Below, piece after piece: positions 1-9,881 of a stretch of 64,000 bases of DNA. How positions within the stretch are numbered: position 1 is the first letter of the stretch; each line of letters starts with the position of its first letter. The notes below the pieces were generated by a model, which saw nothing but the letters and a program-made list of their open reading frames with translations, was not told the DNA's origin and made no database searches. The translations under genes were made by a program, and so were the position numbers. Origin of the DNA: Spirochaetaceae bacterium. GTDB taxonomy: Bacteria > Spirochaetota > Spirochaetia > DSM-2461. The stretch is from positions 256,001 through 320,000 of the forward strand of contig JAOPTT010000005.1 of assembly GCA_051531975.1 (NCBI GenBank). Direction: 5' to 3'.

Positions 1-209
1 TAGTCATTTAGTGAATTAAATTGATAAGGTAATCTATTATTAATCTCCTTGATAAATCCAATGGAATGTGCCATCGAAATTTTTGACTGGTATAATCTTG
101 GTTATACAGTAGTTCTATATTAAGTTGATATTAATTATTTGACTCCTAATTAGATGTAACATATTATTATAAATAATAATAAAATATATATAGGAAGTTA
201 AAATATTGT

Positions 210-1751
210 ATGAAAATTGAGTATAAATCTATTGTCCTTTCATTTCTATTACCCATAATATTTATTCTCGTTATAATCACAACATCTATATTATTAGTAA
301 ACTATCTCAAGGATATTCAAACTGAATCTATATCAACTATGTATCAGTGGGAGAAAATAACATCTTATGCTGCAGAGCGATATAGAATGGTTGGAATTAC
401 GTCAGAAGAAACTTATGATGTACTGATAAGAGATTTTAATGAATCTATATATGGGCTCTCTGATGTTCTTCCTGAATGGATAATTGGGAAAAAAATAACA
501 GACGAATTTGAAACATTTATTACATTTTGGGAATATATTAAAACTCTTATTTCTAGTAATGAGATTACTTATGAAGCATTATTAACAACTGAACTGGGGA
601 TATATTTATTAGAAAACAGTATTTCCACTGCTATTAAAGATACATCTATGTCAAATATGGAAATTCATAGATATGGATATTTTCTCTACAGTCACTTAGA
701 AGACAATTTCGATAAATTAATGAATTTTATAATATTTGAGTCCTATTTTGAAACTAGATTATTAGGCTATTCCAAGGCTATTGGCAGGATTGTTAACATT
801 TTAATAATAATAACTCTTATACTTGCAACTTCTATTTCAATTATTGTATTGATTTCTGCTAAAAATTATATAGGAAATATCTTCCTTGAGCAAAAAAAGC
901 AGGAGCTTGAACTAATAAACCATAAAAAGAACTTGGAAACCCTTGTGACCCAGCGTACTGATAAACTTCAGAATTCTTTGGATCAGCTGAAAGATACTCA
1001 AAAACAACTTGTAGAATCTGAAAAAATGTCCTCTTTGGGAAGTCTTGTTGCAGGAGTTTCCCATGAAATAAATACACCTGTGGGTATTGCTGTTACAGCT
1101 GCATCATATTTGGAAGATAAAACCCATGATTTTGATTCTCTGCTCGAATCAGATAAAATTTCTAGAAAATCTATTATTGATTTTATGAAGGTTGCAAAAG
1201 AGACCACTAAAATGATTTCATCTAATTTACAAAGAGCTGCCAGCCTAATAAATAGTTTTAAACAAGTGGCCGTAGATCAGTCCAGTGAAGAGATTAGAAA
1301 GTTTAATATTCATGCATATATAAAAGAAATCCTTATAAGTACTAATTCTAAGTTTAAACACACAAGTCATTCTGTTTCTGTTAAACAGAGTGAGGAATTT
1401 AGTGTTAAAACCTATCCTGGTGCATTAGCCCAGATACTTACTAATTTATTAATAAACTCATTAGTTCATGGTTTTGAGGAGATTGAAAATGGGAAAATTA
1501 TCATAGAGATAGAGAAGCTTGATGAGTCTGCTGTTATTCATTATAAAGACAGTGGAAAAGGTATCAGCCACGAGAATATAACAAAAATATTTGATCCTTT
1601 TTTTACTACAAAACGTGGTATGGGAGGAAGTGGTCTTGGAATGAATATCGCATATAATTTAGTTACACAAACATTAAATGGAAGTATTAATTGCACTAGT
1701 AAACTTGGAGAAGGAACAAAATTTACGATTAAATTTCCTCATAACAGTTAG
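210..1751 (+). CDS. Membrane sensor histidine kinase (two TM segments, HisKA + HATPase)
   Basis: H-box VSHEINTPVG, N-box NLLINSLVHG, G1 DSGKGI, F-box IFDPFFTTK, G2 GSGLG; hydrophobic segments near residues 8-30 and 195-216. Confidence 0.93.
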   Translation: MKIEYKSIVLSFLLPIIFILVIITTSILLVNYLKDIQTESISTMYQWEKITSYAAERYRMVGITSEETYDVLIRDFNESIYGLSDVLPEWIIGKKITDEFETFITFWEYIKTLISSNEITYEALLTTELGIYLLENSISTAIKDTSMSNMEIHRYGYFLYSHLEDNFDKLMNFIIFESYFETRLLGYSKAIGRIVNILIIITLILATSISIIVLISAKNYIGNIFLEQKKQELELINHKKNLETLVTQRTDKLQNSLDQLKDTQKQLVESEKMSSLGSLVAGVSHEINTPVGIAVTAASYLEDKTHDFDSLLESDKISRKSIIDFMKVAKETTKMISSNLQRAASLINSFKQVAVDQSSEEIRKFNIHAYIKEILISTNSKFKHTSHSVSVKQSEEFSVKTYPGALAQILTNLLINSLVHGFEEIENGKIIIEIEKLDESAVIHYKDSGKGISHENITKIFDPFFTTKRGMGGSGLGMNIAYNLVTQTLNGSINCTSKLGEGTKFTIKFPHNS

Positions 1752-1806
1752 AAATAAACATCCTTTTACCATGTGGTAATTTGCATTTAAAAAAAGGGAG
1801 AACAAA

Positions 1807-3105
1807 ATGAAAAAGATTTTTACTTTATTTTTATTATTTTCACTGATTGGAATTAATTCACTTTTCGCAAAAACTCAGCAGGAAGAAGATTTAAATAAAA
1901 TTAAGCTTATTGTTCCTCATCTTGGTTACAATGATGACCAGATAACAACTGAAAAGGCAAGACCCGGAGGTTTAACACCTCATGATGACTACTATATAGC
2001 AGTTAGAAAATCAGTTGAAGAGAAATATCCTGATTACGATGTTGATTGGGTAGACTGGGGTTGGGGGGAAGTTCTCGACCTGAAGCAACGGGCATTGATT
2101 ACTGCGGGGGATGTTCCAGATATTCTTTCCGGTGGTGAATATATATTGAATTATGCAAAAGAAGGAATTCTTGAGCCTCTACCAATGGATATTGTAGAGT
2201 CTATGAACCCTACATTTTTAGGTTATGACAGTGATGGTCAAGCTGTGGCTGTAGCGCATAAATCCTCTATATTTATGCTCTTTTACAATAAAGACCTAAT
2301 GGTCAAAGCTGGACTTGATCCAGAGCAGCCTCCAAAGACATGGGCAGAATTTAAGTCTATGTCTGATGCTATTACTAAAGCTGGAAATGGTGAATTCTAT
2401 GGTGGTGGAATCCCAACTTTCCCCCATTATGGTGGTTCTTTACGGGCGACCCCTTTCTTTCGTCAGAAGGATACAGACTTTGCAACAGCAGATGGACAAT
2501 CTAATCTTTCTGACCCTGCACTAATGGAAACATTGGAGTTTATTCGGGTCATGAATAATAACTTTCCTCCAGGTCTTGGTAATAACTCAGATGAGGGGCC
2601 ACTTTGGAGCGCTTTTCAGAACACTCAGACTGTTGCTTTTGTAATCAATGGAACATGGCAGGCAAGTAGTTGTATCCGTAAAGGTATGAACTGGGGAGTT
2701 GCGGTACTTCCGGTAGCCCATGGTGGTATAAATGGAAACTGTCTTGTAGGTTCTGTATTTAATTCTGTGCCAAAGGCTGGAAAAAACAGAGAAGCTTCTT
2801 TTAACTTAATAAGAGAAGCTTTATCAGTAGAGAATCAGAAGATCATGCTTGAAGATACAAATGCTGTAGGACTAAATGAGATTATTAACGATCCTTCTTA
2901 TTATGATGATAATGCAACTCTAATATCTGTTATGGACGCTTTAAGAAATGGAGAGTATTCATCGATAGCTACTTTTGCTAAGAACAGCTCTGCAGTTTGG
3001 GAAATTGTTCATCAGAAAGTATTAGCGAGACTAACTATGACAAACGATCCTATCTCAGAAATTATTAAAGATGCGGAAAAGGAAATAACACCTCTTCTTA
3101 AATAG
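1807..3105 (+). CDS. Carbohydrate ABC-type extracellular solute-binding protein (family 1), orphan
   Basis: Signal peptide MKKIFTLFLLFSLIGINSLFA; LFYNKDL...AGLDPEQPPKTW motif; SD GGGAG upstream. Confidence 0.88.
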   Translation: MKKIFTLFLLFSLIGINSLFAKTQQEEDLNKIKLIVPHLGYNDDQITTEKARPGGLTPHDDYYIAVRKSVEEKYPDYDVDWVDWGWGEVLDLKQRALITAGDVPDILSGGEYILNYAKEGILEPLPMDIVESMNPTFLGYDSDGQAVAVAHKSSIFMLFYNKDLMVKAGLDPEQPPKTWAEFKSMSDAITKAGNGEFYGGGIPTFPHYGGSLRATPFFRQKDTDFATADGQSNLSDPALMETLEFIRVMNNNFPPGLGNNSDEGPLWSAFQNTQTVAFVINGTWQASSCIRKGMNWGVAVLPVAHGGINGNCLVGSVFNSVPKAGKNREASFNLIREALSVENQKIMLEDTNAVGLNEIINDPSYYDDNATLISVMDALRNGEYSSIATFAKNSSAVWEIVHQKVLARLTMTNDPISEIIKDAEKEITPLLK

Positions 3106-3133
3106 TTTATTATCGGAAAGTAACATCAAAATG

Positions 3134-3172
3134 ACTGGTGTTTCCTTAAAAAGATGTAAAACACCAGTTTTT
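3134..3172. terminator. Likely bidirectional intrinsic terminator between convergent genes
   Basis: ACTGGTGTTT (3134-3143) / AAACACCAGT (3159-3168) stem with a T-run on the + strand. Confidence 0.6.
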
Positions 3173-3189
3173 ATTTACTTTTAATATTT

Positions 3190-4029
3190 TTATACCATTA
3201 AGTCTTTTCGTTTTGGTACTCTTAAATAGTTGTATTTAGGGTAACCTAAGGTGAATATAATTCCAAGTTTCATACCTTTGTCTAATTTTAAAGATTTAGC
3301 AACCGCTTTATTTCCAGAAGCATAATCTGCATAACCTACAACACAAGATTCTAAGCCAAATGTTCTAGCTTCTAACATCACATGTGCTGCAGCTAATGCT
3401 GAGTCTGTTTTTCCAAAAGAACCGGCAGATTTTGGATATGAGATAACAACAACAACGGGAGCTTTAAAGAATATTCTATCTATTGTGCCTTTTATAGTGT
3501 CTGTTAATACCCTTTTAAATGGCTTTACATAACTCTTTTTTGCATAACCTTTTATACCAATTATAGGGGATATAAACCTAACAATAGGGTTATCTAGTTT
3601 AGAGAAAATATTATATAGGGCCGTTGCAACTTTCAAAGATGCTAGGGCTACTTCTGAACCTTGTAGGTATGTTAGTTTGTAATGCCTACTATTTGAAGCC
3701 GTTGCTGTATGAGCCGCTGTATTGGCTAACTCTTTAAGTATGGTATCGTTTATAATATCAGTTTTATAGTGTCTAACTGAACGTTTCTCTCTAATTAACG
3801 ATCTAATACTAATACTATCTACATTAATATCTTTTCTATCTTCTAAAAATTCGCCATCGCAAGTAATAATGTTCTCAGGACATATAGCTGCACAATGCCC
3901 ACACTCTATACACTCGTTTGGATCAATTCGGTAACTACTCTCTTCAATTAATATTGCACTTAGTGCTGGGCAAACTTTTTTACATAAGCCACATGCAGTA
4001 CATTTTTCTTGTTCAATTTTGTATAACAT
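3190..4029 (-). CDS. Nitroreductase family protein with N-terminal 2x[4Fe-4S] ferredoxin domain
   Basis: CTACGLCKKVCP and CIECGHCAAICP; KRSVRHY nitroreductase motif. Start moved to ATG 4029 because TTGATT-17-TATTAT ends 6 nt upstream. Confidence 0.9.
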   Translation of the reverse strand: MLYKIEQEKCTACGLCKKVCPALSAILIEESSYRIDPNECIECGHCAAICPENIITCDGEFLEDRKDINVDSISIRSLIREKRSVRHYKTDIINDTILKELANTAAHTATASNSRHYKLTYLQGSEVALASLKVATALYNIFSKLDNPIVRFISPIIGIKGYAKKSYVKPFKRVLTDTIKGTIDRIFFKAPVVVVISYPKSAGSFGKTDSALAAAHVMLEARTFGLESCVVGYADYASGNKAVAKSLKLDKGMKLGIIFTLGYPKYNYLRVPKRKDLMV

Positions 4030-4285
4030 CCCAGAATAATACAAAAATTGATTAGAAGAATCAAGATTTTAATAGCTTTTGATATATCAAATATACCCAT
4101 CATAATGCCTGTATACTATTAAAAATTACACTTAAGTAGTATATACAAATATCAGTTTTAAGGTGAAAATTATAATAAATAATATATAAGGCAGTTATGT
4201 TTCAATTCACACAGTATAATATTATAAAGATTCTTAACATAGGACGGATCTTTATACTTGCTAACAAGATTTTAAGGATTAAAAA

Positions 4286-4715
4286 GTAAAAAACAAAATT
4301 GAATTAATACAATATAGTGATAATATTGCAAAAGATATTGCGGAAATGTGGACTCAAAGTGTAAACGGGCGGAACGGAATTGTATGGGGAGAGAGTGAAA
4401 GTTCTGTAATAAAAAAGGAAAATAGCCCATCCCACCAAAATCTCACTTTAGCAAGGGTAGATGACCTTAATGGGTATAACGATAAAAATATAACCTTTGA
4501 TTTTTCTAAAAGTGTTGTTGTAATGGATGAAATCCAGATGTAGAGCCCAAACAAAATAGAGTTTACCCTAAAAGTAAAATATAAGAGATCAGTTCCAGTT
4601 TCTTATATTTGCCATAAAAATTACATTTGAAGCCGGCATTGGAAACTAGTCGGTTTTGATTAAGAAAAGTGAGAATTATGAGATACTATATGGTGACTTT
4701 CTAGAGGGTTGTTAA
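4286..4715 (+). pseudogene. Decayed relic, probably the N-terminus of a large GNAT-family acetyltransferase joined to later fragments
   Basis: Frame upstream of ORF 4346 reads IELIQYSDNIAKDIAEMWTQSVNG..., which I recall resembling Firmicute large-GNAT N-termini. AAGGA SD is followed by GTA (possible mutated GTG). Several stops after 4543; terminator follows. Confidence 0.45.
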
Positions 4716-4728
4716 TCGATTATTAGTT

Positions 4729-4762
4729 ACAGAGGATTATTACAGTAATAGTCCTCTGTTTT
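4729..4762 (+). terminator. Intrinsic terminator
   Basis: ACAGAGGATTATTAC-A-GTAATAGTCCTCTGT stem followed by T residues. Confidence 0.7.
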
Positions 4763-4826
4763 CATATCTAATATAGAGTTTATATATATATACAAGTATA
4801 ATTATTTATATTATTTAGGAGAGTTT

Positions 4827-5552
4827 ATGTTTTACAAATCTATTTCAGATGTTTATGATTTTATTTTCCCTCAAAATAAAAAACAGCTTATCTTTATTGA
4901 TGGTATTAAAAATATATCAAAGGATGAAGTTATACTGGATGTTGGCTGTGCTACAGGAAATTTATCAGAACTTCTTGGAGAGAGGGCAGATAATGTAACA
5001 GGTATTGATCTGGACAGTTCACTTCTTTCAAAAGCAAATGATAAACATAATAATAGTCATGTTAAATATAAACTCATTGATATGTTAAAAATTGATAATC
5101 ATTTTTTAAAATGCAGTTTTGATAGGGTTGTCTGCTTTGGGAATACTCTTGTTCATCTGAATAACCGTAATGACGTAAAAGTTTATCTTCAGAAAGTATT
5201 TAAGCTTTTAAAGAGTGATGGTTTACTTATTGTTCAAATAATAAATTATAATAGAGTTATTAAAGGGAATATTACTAGTTTACCAACAATTGATAATAAA
5301 AAAATATCTTTTATCAGGAATTATGAATATCATAATAATGGTGATTATGTGGATTTCAATACAAAATTGACAATAAAAACTAATAATCAAGTTATAGAGA
5401 ATAGTATTCCACTATTGGCTTTGACTGATTTTGAGTTAAGGGAATATCTGAAACTTGTAGGATTTAAAAATATTACATTTTATGGTGATTTAAATGGTGG
5501 GAAGTTGTCACAAGACTCAATTCCTCTTTTGTTTAGTTGTGTAAAGACTTAG
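4827..5552 (+). CDS. Class I SAM-dependent methyltransferase
   Basis: Motif I ILDVGCATG, GIDLD, CFGNTLVHL; SD AGGAGAG. Confidence 0.9.
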   Translation: MFYKSISDVYDFIFPQNKKQLIFIDGIKNISKDEVILDVGCATGNLSELLGERADNVTGIDLDSSLLSKANDKHNNSHVKYKLIDMLKIDNHFLKCSFDRVVCFGNTLVHLNNRNDVKVYLQKVFKLLKSDGLLIVQIINYNRVIKGNITSLPTIDNKKISFIRNYEYHNNGDYVDFNTKLTIKTNNQVIENSIPLLALTDFELREYLKLVGFKNITFYGDLNGGKLSQDSIPLLFSCVKT

Positions 5553-5714
5553 CTATATTGCTAGTATTACACTGTTTTATCTATTTCTAATACCTAACAA
5601 TGGTTATCCATCATAGTATTACTTCAAAAAATCGAATAATAGATGATATAATTAAGAGAGTGTGGTGAATCAAGGTATTCATCAGAAATAAAAAGTTTAG
5701 ATAGAGGAGAAAAA

Positions 5715-6497
5715 ATGATAACTAGATATAAAAAATTTTTGATTTTTTACTTGATTTTAACTTTATTTCCATCAATTGGATTTGCAGAGGAAACCATCCG
5801 TATAGCTACTGGAGAATACCCTCCATTCTTGTCAGAAAATTTAAAACACAATGGAGTAGGGCTCCGTATCATTAGAGAAGCCTTTGAGATAGTTGGAGTA
5901 AAAGTTGAATATGGGTTTTTTCCATGGAAACGAAGTTACCAACTTGCCTTAGATGGAGATTGGGATGCCACAGCCACCTGGGCTGATAAGCCTGGACGTA
6001 CTGAAGATTTTTATTTTAGCGATCCGTTATATAAATCTTTTTCCGGCTTTTTTCACCTTAAAACTTACGATTTTGAATGGGAAACTCTGGATGATTTAAA
6101 AGACATACCTATGGGAGCTATTTTAGGGTACACTTATGATGAAGAATTTTTACAAGCGGATAAAGAGGGAAGCATAAATGTTGAATATGTTTCTACACAA
6201 AAAAAGAACTTTCAAAAACTGCTATGGGGACGAATTAAAATCTGTCGAGCGCATATCGATGTAGGATATGCAATACTTGCAAAAGACTTTTCAGAAGATG
6301 AAAGAGAATTGATAACTCATCATCCTCATACGTTCCCTAAAAATGATACTTTTCTAATCTTTTCTAAAAATATTGATAGAAACAAAGAGATGGTAAAATT
6401 GTTCAATGAAGGTTTAAAGCAGATGAAAGAAGATGGTAAGATTGAAGAATATTTCAAAGAGTCCCGTGCAGGTGAATATCTTTTACAGGAGAAATAG
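5715..6497 (+). CDS. Periplasmic amino-acid-type substrate-binding protein (PBPb/family 3)
   Basis: Signal peptide; IRIATGEYPPF, FPWKR, GAILGYTY, FNEGLKQMKEDG; stop overlaps the next GTG start. Confidence 0.88.
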   Translation: MITRYKKFLIFYLILTLFPSIGFAEETIRIATGEYPPFLSENLKHNGVGLRIIREAFEIVGVKVEYGFFPWKRSYQLALDGDWDATATWADKPGRTEDFYFSDPLYKSFSGFFHLKTYDFEWETLDDLKDIPMGAILGYTYDEEFLQADKEGSINVEYVSTQKKNFQKLLWGRIKICRAHIDVGYAILAKDFSEDERELITHHPHTFPKNDTFLIFSKNIDRNKEMVKLFNEGLKQMKEDGKIEEYFKESRAGEYLLQEK

Positions 6498-8377
6498 TGA
6501 TAATAGAAAAAGATAGTCATAACCGGTTAGCACGTCGCCTTCTTTTATATGTAGTGTTATGCAGTGTCGGTTTTACATTTCTGGTTGCCACAGTCCAACT
6601 GTTTGGGGAGTACAGTTCTGAAGTTGAATCTATTCACGATACTATGAGTTATATTGAGAACAGTTATGTCCCAAATATCGCATTGAGCATATACCTAGTA
6701 GAAGATGAATTAATAAAGGTACTCCTTGAAGGAGCTTTACATTTTAAGGAAATCCAATACTTGGAGATTCAAGAAAAGCGAGGTGGAGAGATAGTCACAA
6801 GATTTGCAGGAAAAGCGGATGCTGCAAGAGATATTGTCAAAGAGTATCAAATAAAATATCGTGGATCGTCAGGAGAAAATATTTCCTATGGTGTACTAAT
6901 CGTAGCAGCCAGTCTGGATGAAGTATATCAACGTCTCTGGAAAAAATCCTTAGACATATTGGTTACCACTGCAATGATAACGTTTTTTACTACCATGTGT
7001 GTATTCCTTTTAATCCAATTTATGATAACACGTCATCTTAAAACAATCTCTAAATACACACATACTCTTGACTTGGATAAAATTGGATTAAAATTAACAT
7101 TAAATCGTAAAGAATCTGTTGAAATAGATGAATTAAGTCAAGTTGTACATTCAATTAACACCATGCAGGAAAGATTGAAAAATGGCATCACTAAACGCAA
7201 ACAGGCCGAGGAAGAGAAGATTAACCTCCAAGACCAACTACAGCAATCCCGAAAAATGGACGCAATAGGTCAACTTGCCGGTGGAGTTGCCCATGACTTT
7301 AATAATATGCTCACTGGCATAATTGGTGCAGCTCAATTGCTTCAGAACCCAATACGAAACCTTGATGAAAAAGGATTGGCATATGTCGAGATGATTCTCG
7401 ATGCCTCAAATAGAGCCTCAGATTTAACCACAAAATTATTGGCTTTTGGACGAAAAGGTAAAATAATTTCTACCTCTATAGATATCCATACCATTGTTGA
7501 TGATACACTGGCACTTTTTAATAGATCCATCGATAAAAAAATAAGGATTTCAGCTTCTAAAAATGCAGAACAATCAACTGTAATTGGTGATAATACAGCC
7601 TTACAAAATTCATTGTTAAATTTGGGAATAAATGCCTCTCATGCAATGCCTGATGGTGGTGAGTTAACAATCGAGACAAGAAATATTATACTTAATAATA
7701 ATTATTGCAATTCAAGTCCTTTTGACATATCAGAGGGGAATTATATAGAAATTACAATTAGAGATACAGGTAACGGAATTACTCCTGATAATATAAATAA
7801 AATATTTGAACCATTTTTTACAACAAAAAAGCAAGGGGAAGGAACTGGGTTAGGATTAGCGTCTGTATATGGAACAATTCAAGATCATCACGGAGTAATA
7901 AATGTTTATAGTGAAATTGGGATAGGTACAGTATTTAATCTTTATTTACCTTGCTCAGATGATGTGGTTAAAAAAAATCCTATGGAAAAAATTGTATTAG
8001 AAGGTGCTGGTCAAGTTCTTCTCGTCGATGATGAAGAACTCGTTCGTATGACTGGTAAATATACCCTTGAAGAAATGGGCTACAAAGTTATCCTTGCTGA
8101 AAATGGACTAGAAGCAATCGATATATTTGAAAAGAATTTTCATGATATAGATCTTGTGATTTTGGATATGATAATGCCGAAAATGAACGGAACAGAAGCT
8201 TTTGAAAAAATGAAAAAAATTGATGAAAATTGCAAAATAATTATCTCTTCCGGTTTCACAAAAGATGAAAATTTGAATGAGTTGAGAAAAAAAGGTCTTA
8301 CCGGTTTTATTCAAAAGCCATTTCGAGATTATGAGTTGAGCAAATTGTTGTCTGAGATTTTAAAAATTAATAATTAA
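6497..8377 (+). CDS. Hybrid sensor histidine kinase/response regulator (TM, HAMP-like linker, HisKA, HATPase, REC)
   Basis: GGVAHDFNN H-box; FEPFFTTK, GTGLGL; receiver LLVDDE...LDMIMP...KPF. Confidence 0.93.
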   Translation: MIIEKDSHNRLARRLLLYVVLCSVGFTFLVATVQLFGEYSSEVESIHDTMSYIENSYVPNIALSIYLVEDELIKVLLEGALHFKEIQYLEIQEKRGGEIVTRFAGKADAARDIVKEYQIKYRGSSGENISYGVLIVAASLDEVYQRLWKKSLDILVTTAMITFFTTMCVFLLIQFMITRHLKTISKYTHTLDLDKIGLKLTLNRKESVEIDELSQVVHSINTMQERLKNGITKRKQAEEEKINLQDQLQQSRKMDAIGQLAGGVAHDFNNMLTGIIGAAQLLQNPIRNLDEKGLAYVEMILDASNRASDLTTKLLAFGRKGKIISTSIDIHTIVDDTLALFNRSIDKKIRISASKNAEQSTVIGDNTALQNSLLNLGINASHAMPDGGELTIETRNIILNNNYCNSSPFDISEGNYIEITIRDTGNGITPDNINKIFEPFFTTKKQGEGTGLGLASVYGTIQDHHGVINVYSEIGIGTVFNLYLPCSDDVVKKNPMEKIVLEGAGQVLLVDDEELVRMTGKYTLEEMGYKVILAENGLEAIDIFEKNFHDIDLVILDMIMPKMNGTEAFEKMKKIDENCKIIISSGFTKDENLNELRKKGLTGFIQKPFRDYELSKLLSEILKINN

Positions 8378-8527
8378 ATTCGAACACTAAAAAAGTATTT
8401 ACTAATGCTAAGAGTGATTCCAGAGTGTCTATAAGATAATTAATTCCTCTTCGTCCAGGACTTTCATTCAGAGGAATATGAATTCTATTGAATCTAAAAA
8501 AACAACACAGTCTCTAGGAGGACTTAC

Positions 8528-8977
8528 ATGAAGCTGAACATAAAAAAGAGCTTATACACAATTGAACCAATTATCCCTATATTGGGGGCATTATATTTAT
8601 TATAAGCCAATCTCTCCATATTCTGGGTCAATACCGATAAAGTCCACTTACCAGGCTTATGGGCAGTATTGACAACTATCCCAGTAATTCTGATTTTCTG
8701 CGTAGCAGCTCTTGCTCTCTTTTTTAGAATTAAGAGACCTGAAGACAACTCACAAAAATCAGTTTCTCCTCTATAGGCTTTACTTAATTTAGGACTAATA
8801 GCCTTTATTGTAATCACTTTTTTTGAAATGACCACTTTTGATACTTATCATCCTCTGTACGCTTCTGGAGCCTTTATTTACGGCAGCATGACCGGTCTTC
8901 TGCTCTTTTGTGCCAAGCTTTTAATCGACGCTCTTCGTATGGTGTTTACAAAGAAGACAGATGAACATTTTAAATGA
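8528..8977 (+). pseudogene. Small multi-TM membrane protein interrupted by two in-frame stops
   Basis: AGGAGG SD then ATG 8528; a single 150-codon frame to TGA 8975-8977 with TAA 8603-8605 and TAG 8774-8776; hydrophobic on both sides of each stop. Confidence 0.6.
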
Positions 8978-9063
8978 TTTTATATACTAATAATCCTTTT
9001 CTATGGATTTCATCTGATTTGTGCCTTCGTGCAGCCTGGCTATGAATTTCGGCTCTTTACTGA

Positions 9064-9828
9064 GAGAACTACTTTGCTGTTGCAGTTATTTTCTGTCTTT
9101 TAGGTGCTATCTCAATATTTCAAGGTGGACTATTCACCCGTGAGCGTGCTGGAAATCCTGCTCATGAGCATAAATTACACTTGAAAGACAATCTAAAGTC
9201 AATATTTGGCAATGTACCACTACTTCTTGTTTTACTCTCTCTTCAGATGGTTATGATGATGTATTTTGCAAAATACAACCTACAAAATGAAGATCTTATG
9301 ACAGTTATTGCGGGTATAAGTCTAGTATCTATGGCTATAGGTTCAGGTCTTGTTCCCTGGCTTTCAAAATATATTTCTGGAAAGAGACTTGTTCTTTTAA
9401 GTGGATTTGTTCTATCCATATTAGGGACTGTTATGTACTTTGTCGGTTATCATAATATTCTTGTATTCTACATTTTTGCCTTTTTATGGGGTATATTCAT
9501 GGGATTCCCTGAAGTTATACGTACTACAATGATAGCAAACACAGTTGAATGGATGGAGAAAAAAACTGGTAAACGTTGCGATGCAACCATATTTTCGACT
9601 CTAACATTCATTGGAAAACTCATTGCAGGGTTGTTACTTGCATATGTTGGTTTTAAGGCAAATGTCGTACAATCACCTGCCGTACTGGATACCCTTTTTC
9701 AAACTATGACAATAATTCCTGGTATTGGATCACTGATTATGATAATACCTCTGTTCTTTTATAATATTGATGAAAAAACTCATCAGAAACTTGTAGAGGA
9801 ACTATCTAATAATTCGGAAGTTTCATAA
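9064..9828 (+). pseudogene. 5'-truncated glycoside-pentoside-hexuronide (MelB/GPH-like) MFS sugar:cation symporter
   Basis: Frame open from 9064 (YFAVAVIFCLLG...FTRER...LKDNLKSIFGN) with no SD; GPH C-terminal motif MIANTVEWMEKKTGKRCDATIFS; only about the C-terminal half present. Confidence 0.75.
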
Positions 9829-9837
9829 TACTAAGCT

Positions 9838-9867
9838 GTACAGGCCCCAGTAATATGGGGCTTGTAC
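9838..9867. terminator. Hairpin between convergent genes (probable terminator)
   Basis: GTACAGGCCCCA / TGGGGCTTGTAC inverted repeat. Confidence 0.55.
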
Positions 9868-9881
9868 TATTGGAATTAAAG

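Noticed and set aside
1..209. Possible gene tail at the window start
   Set aside because: Only short frames with no recognisable motif; cannot be supported
4577..4762. Series of hairpins upstream of the methyltransferase, considered as a riboswitch
   Set aside because: No riboswitch consensus recognised. The region reads better as decayed coding sequence plus its terminator. An Rfam scan would settle it
8603..8776. Stop-codon reassignment or pyrrolysine readthrough
   Set aside because: TAA, TAG and TGA all terminate intact genes in this window; no pyl or sel machinery seen
8524..8835. 103-aa minus-strand ORF
   Set aside because: Antisense of the SD-bearing + strand pseudogene frame 8528-8977
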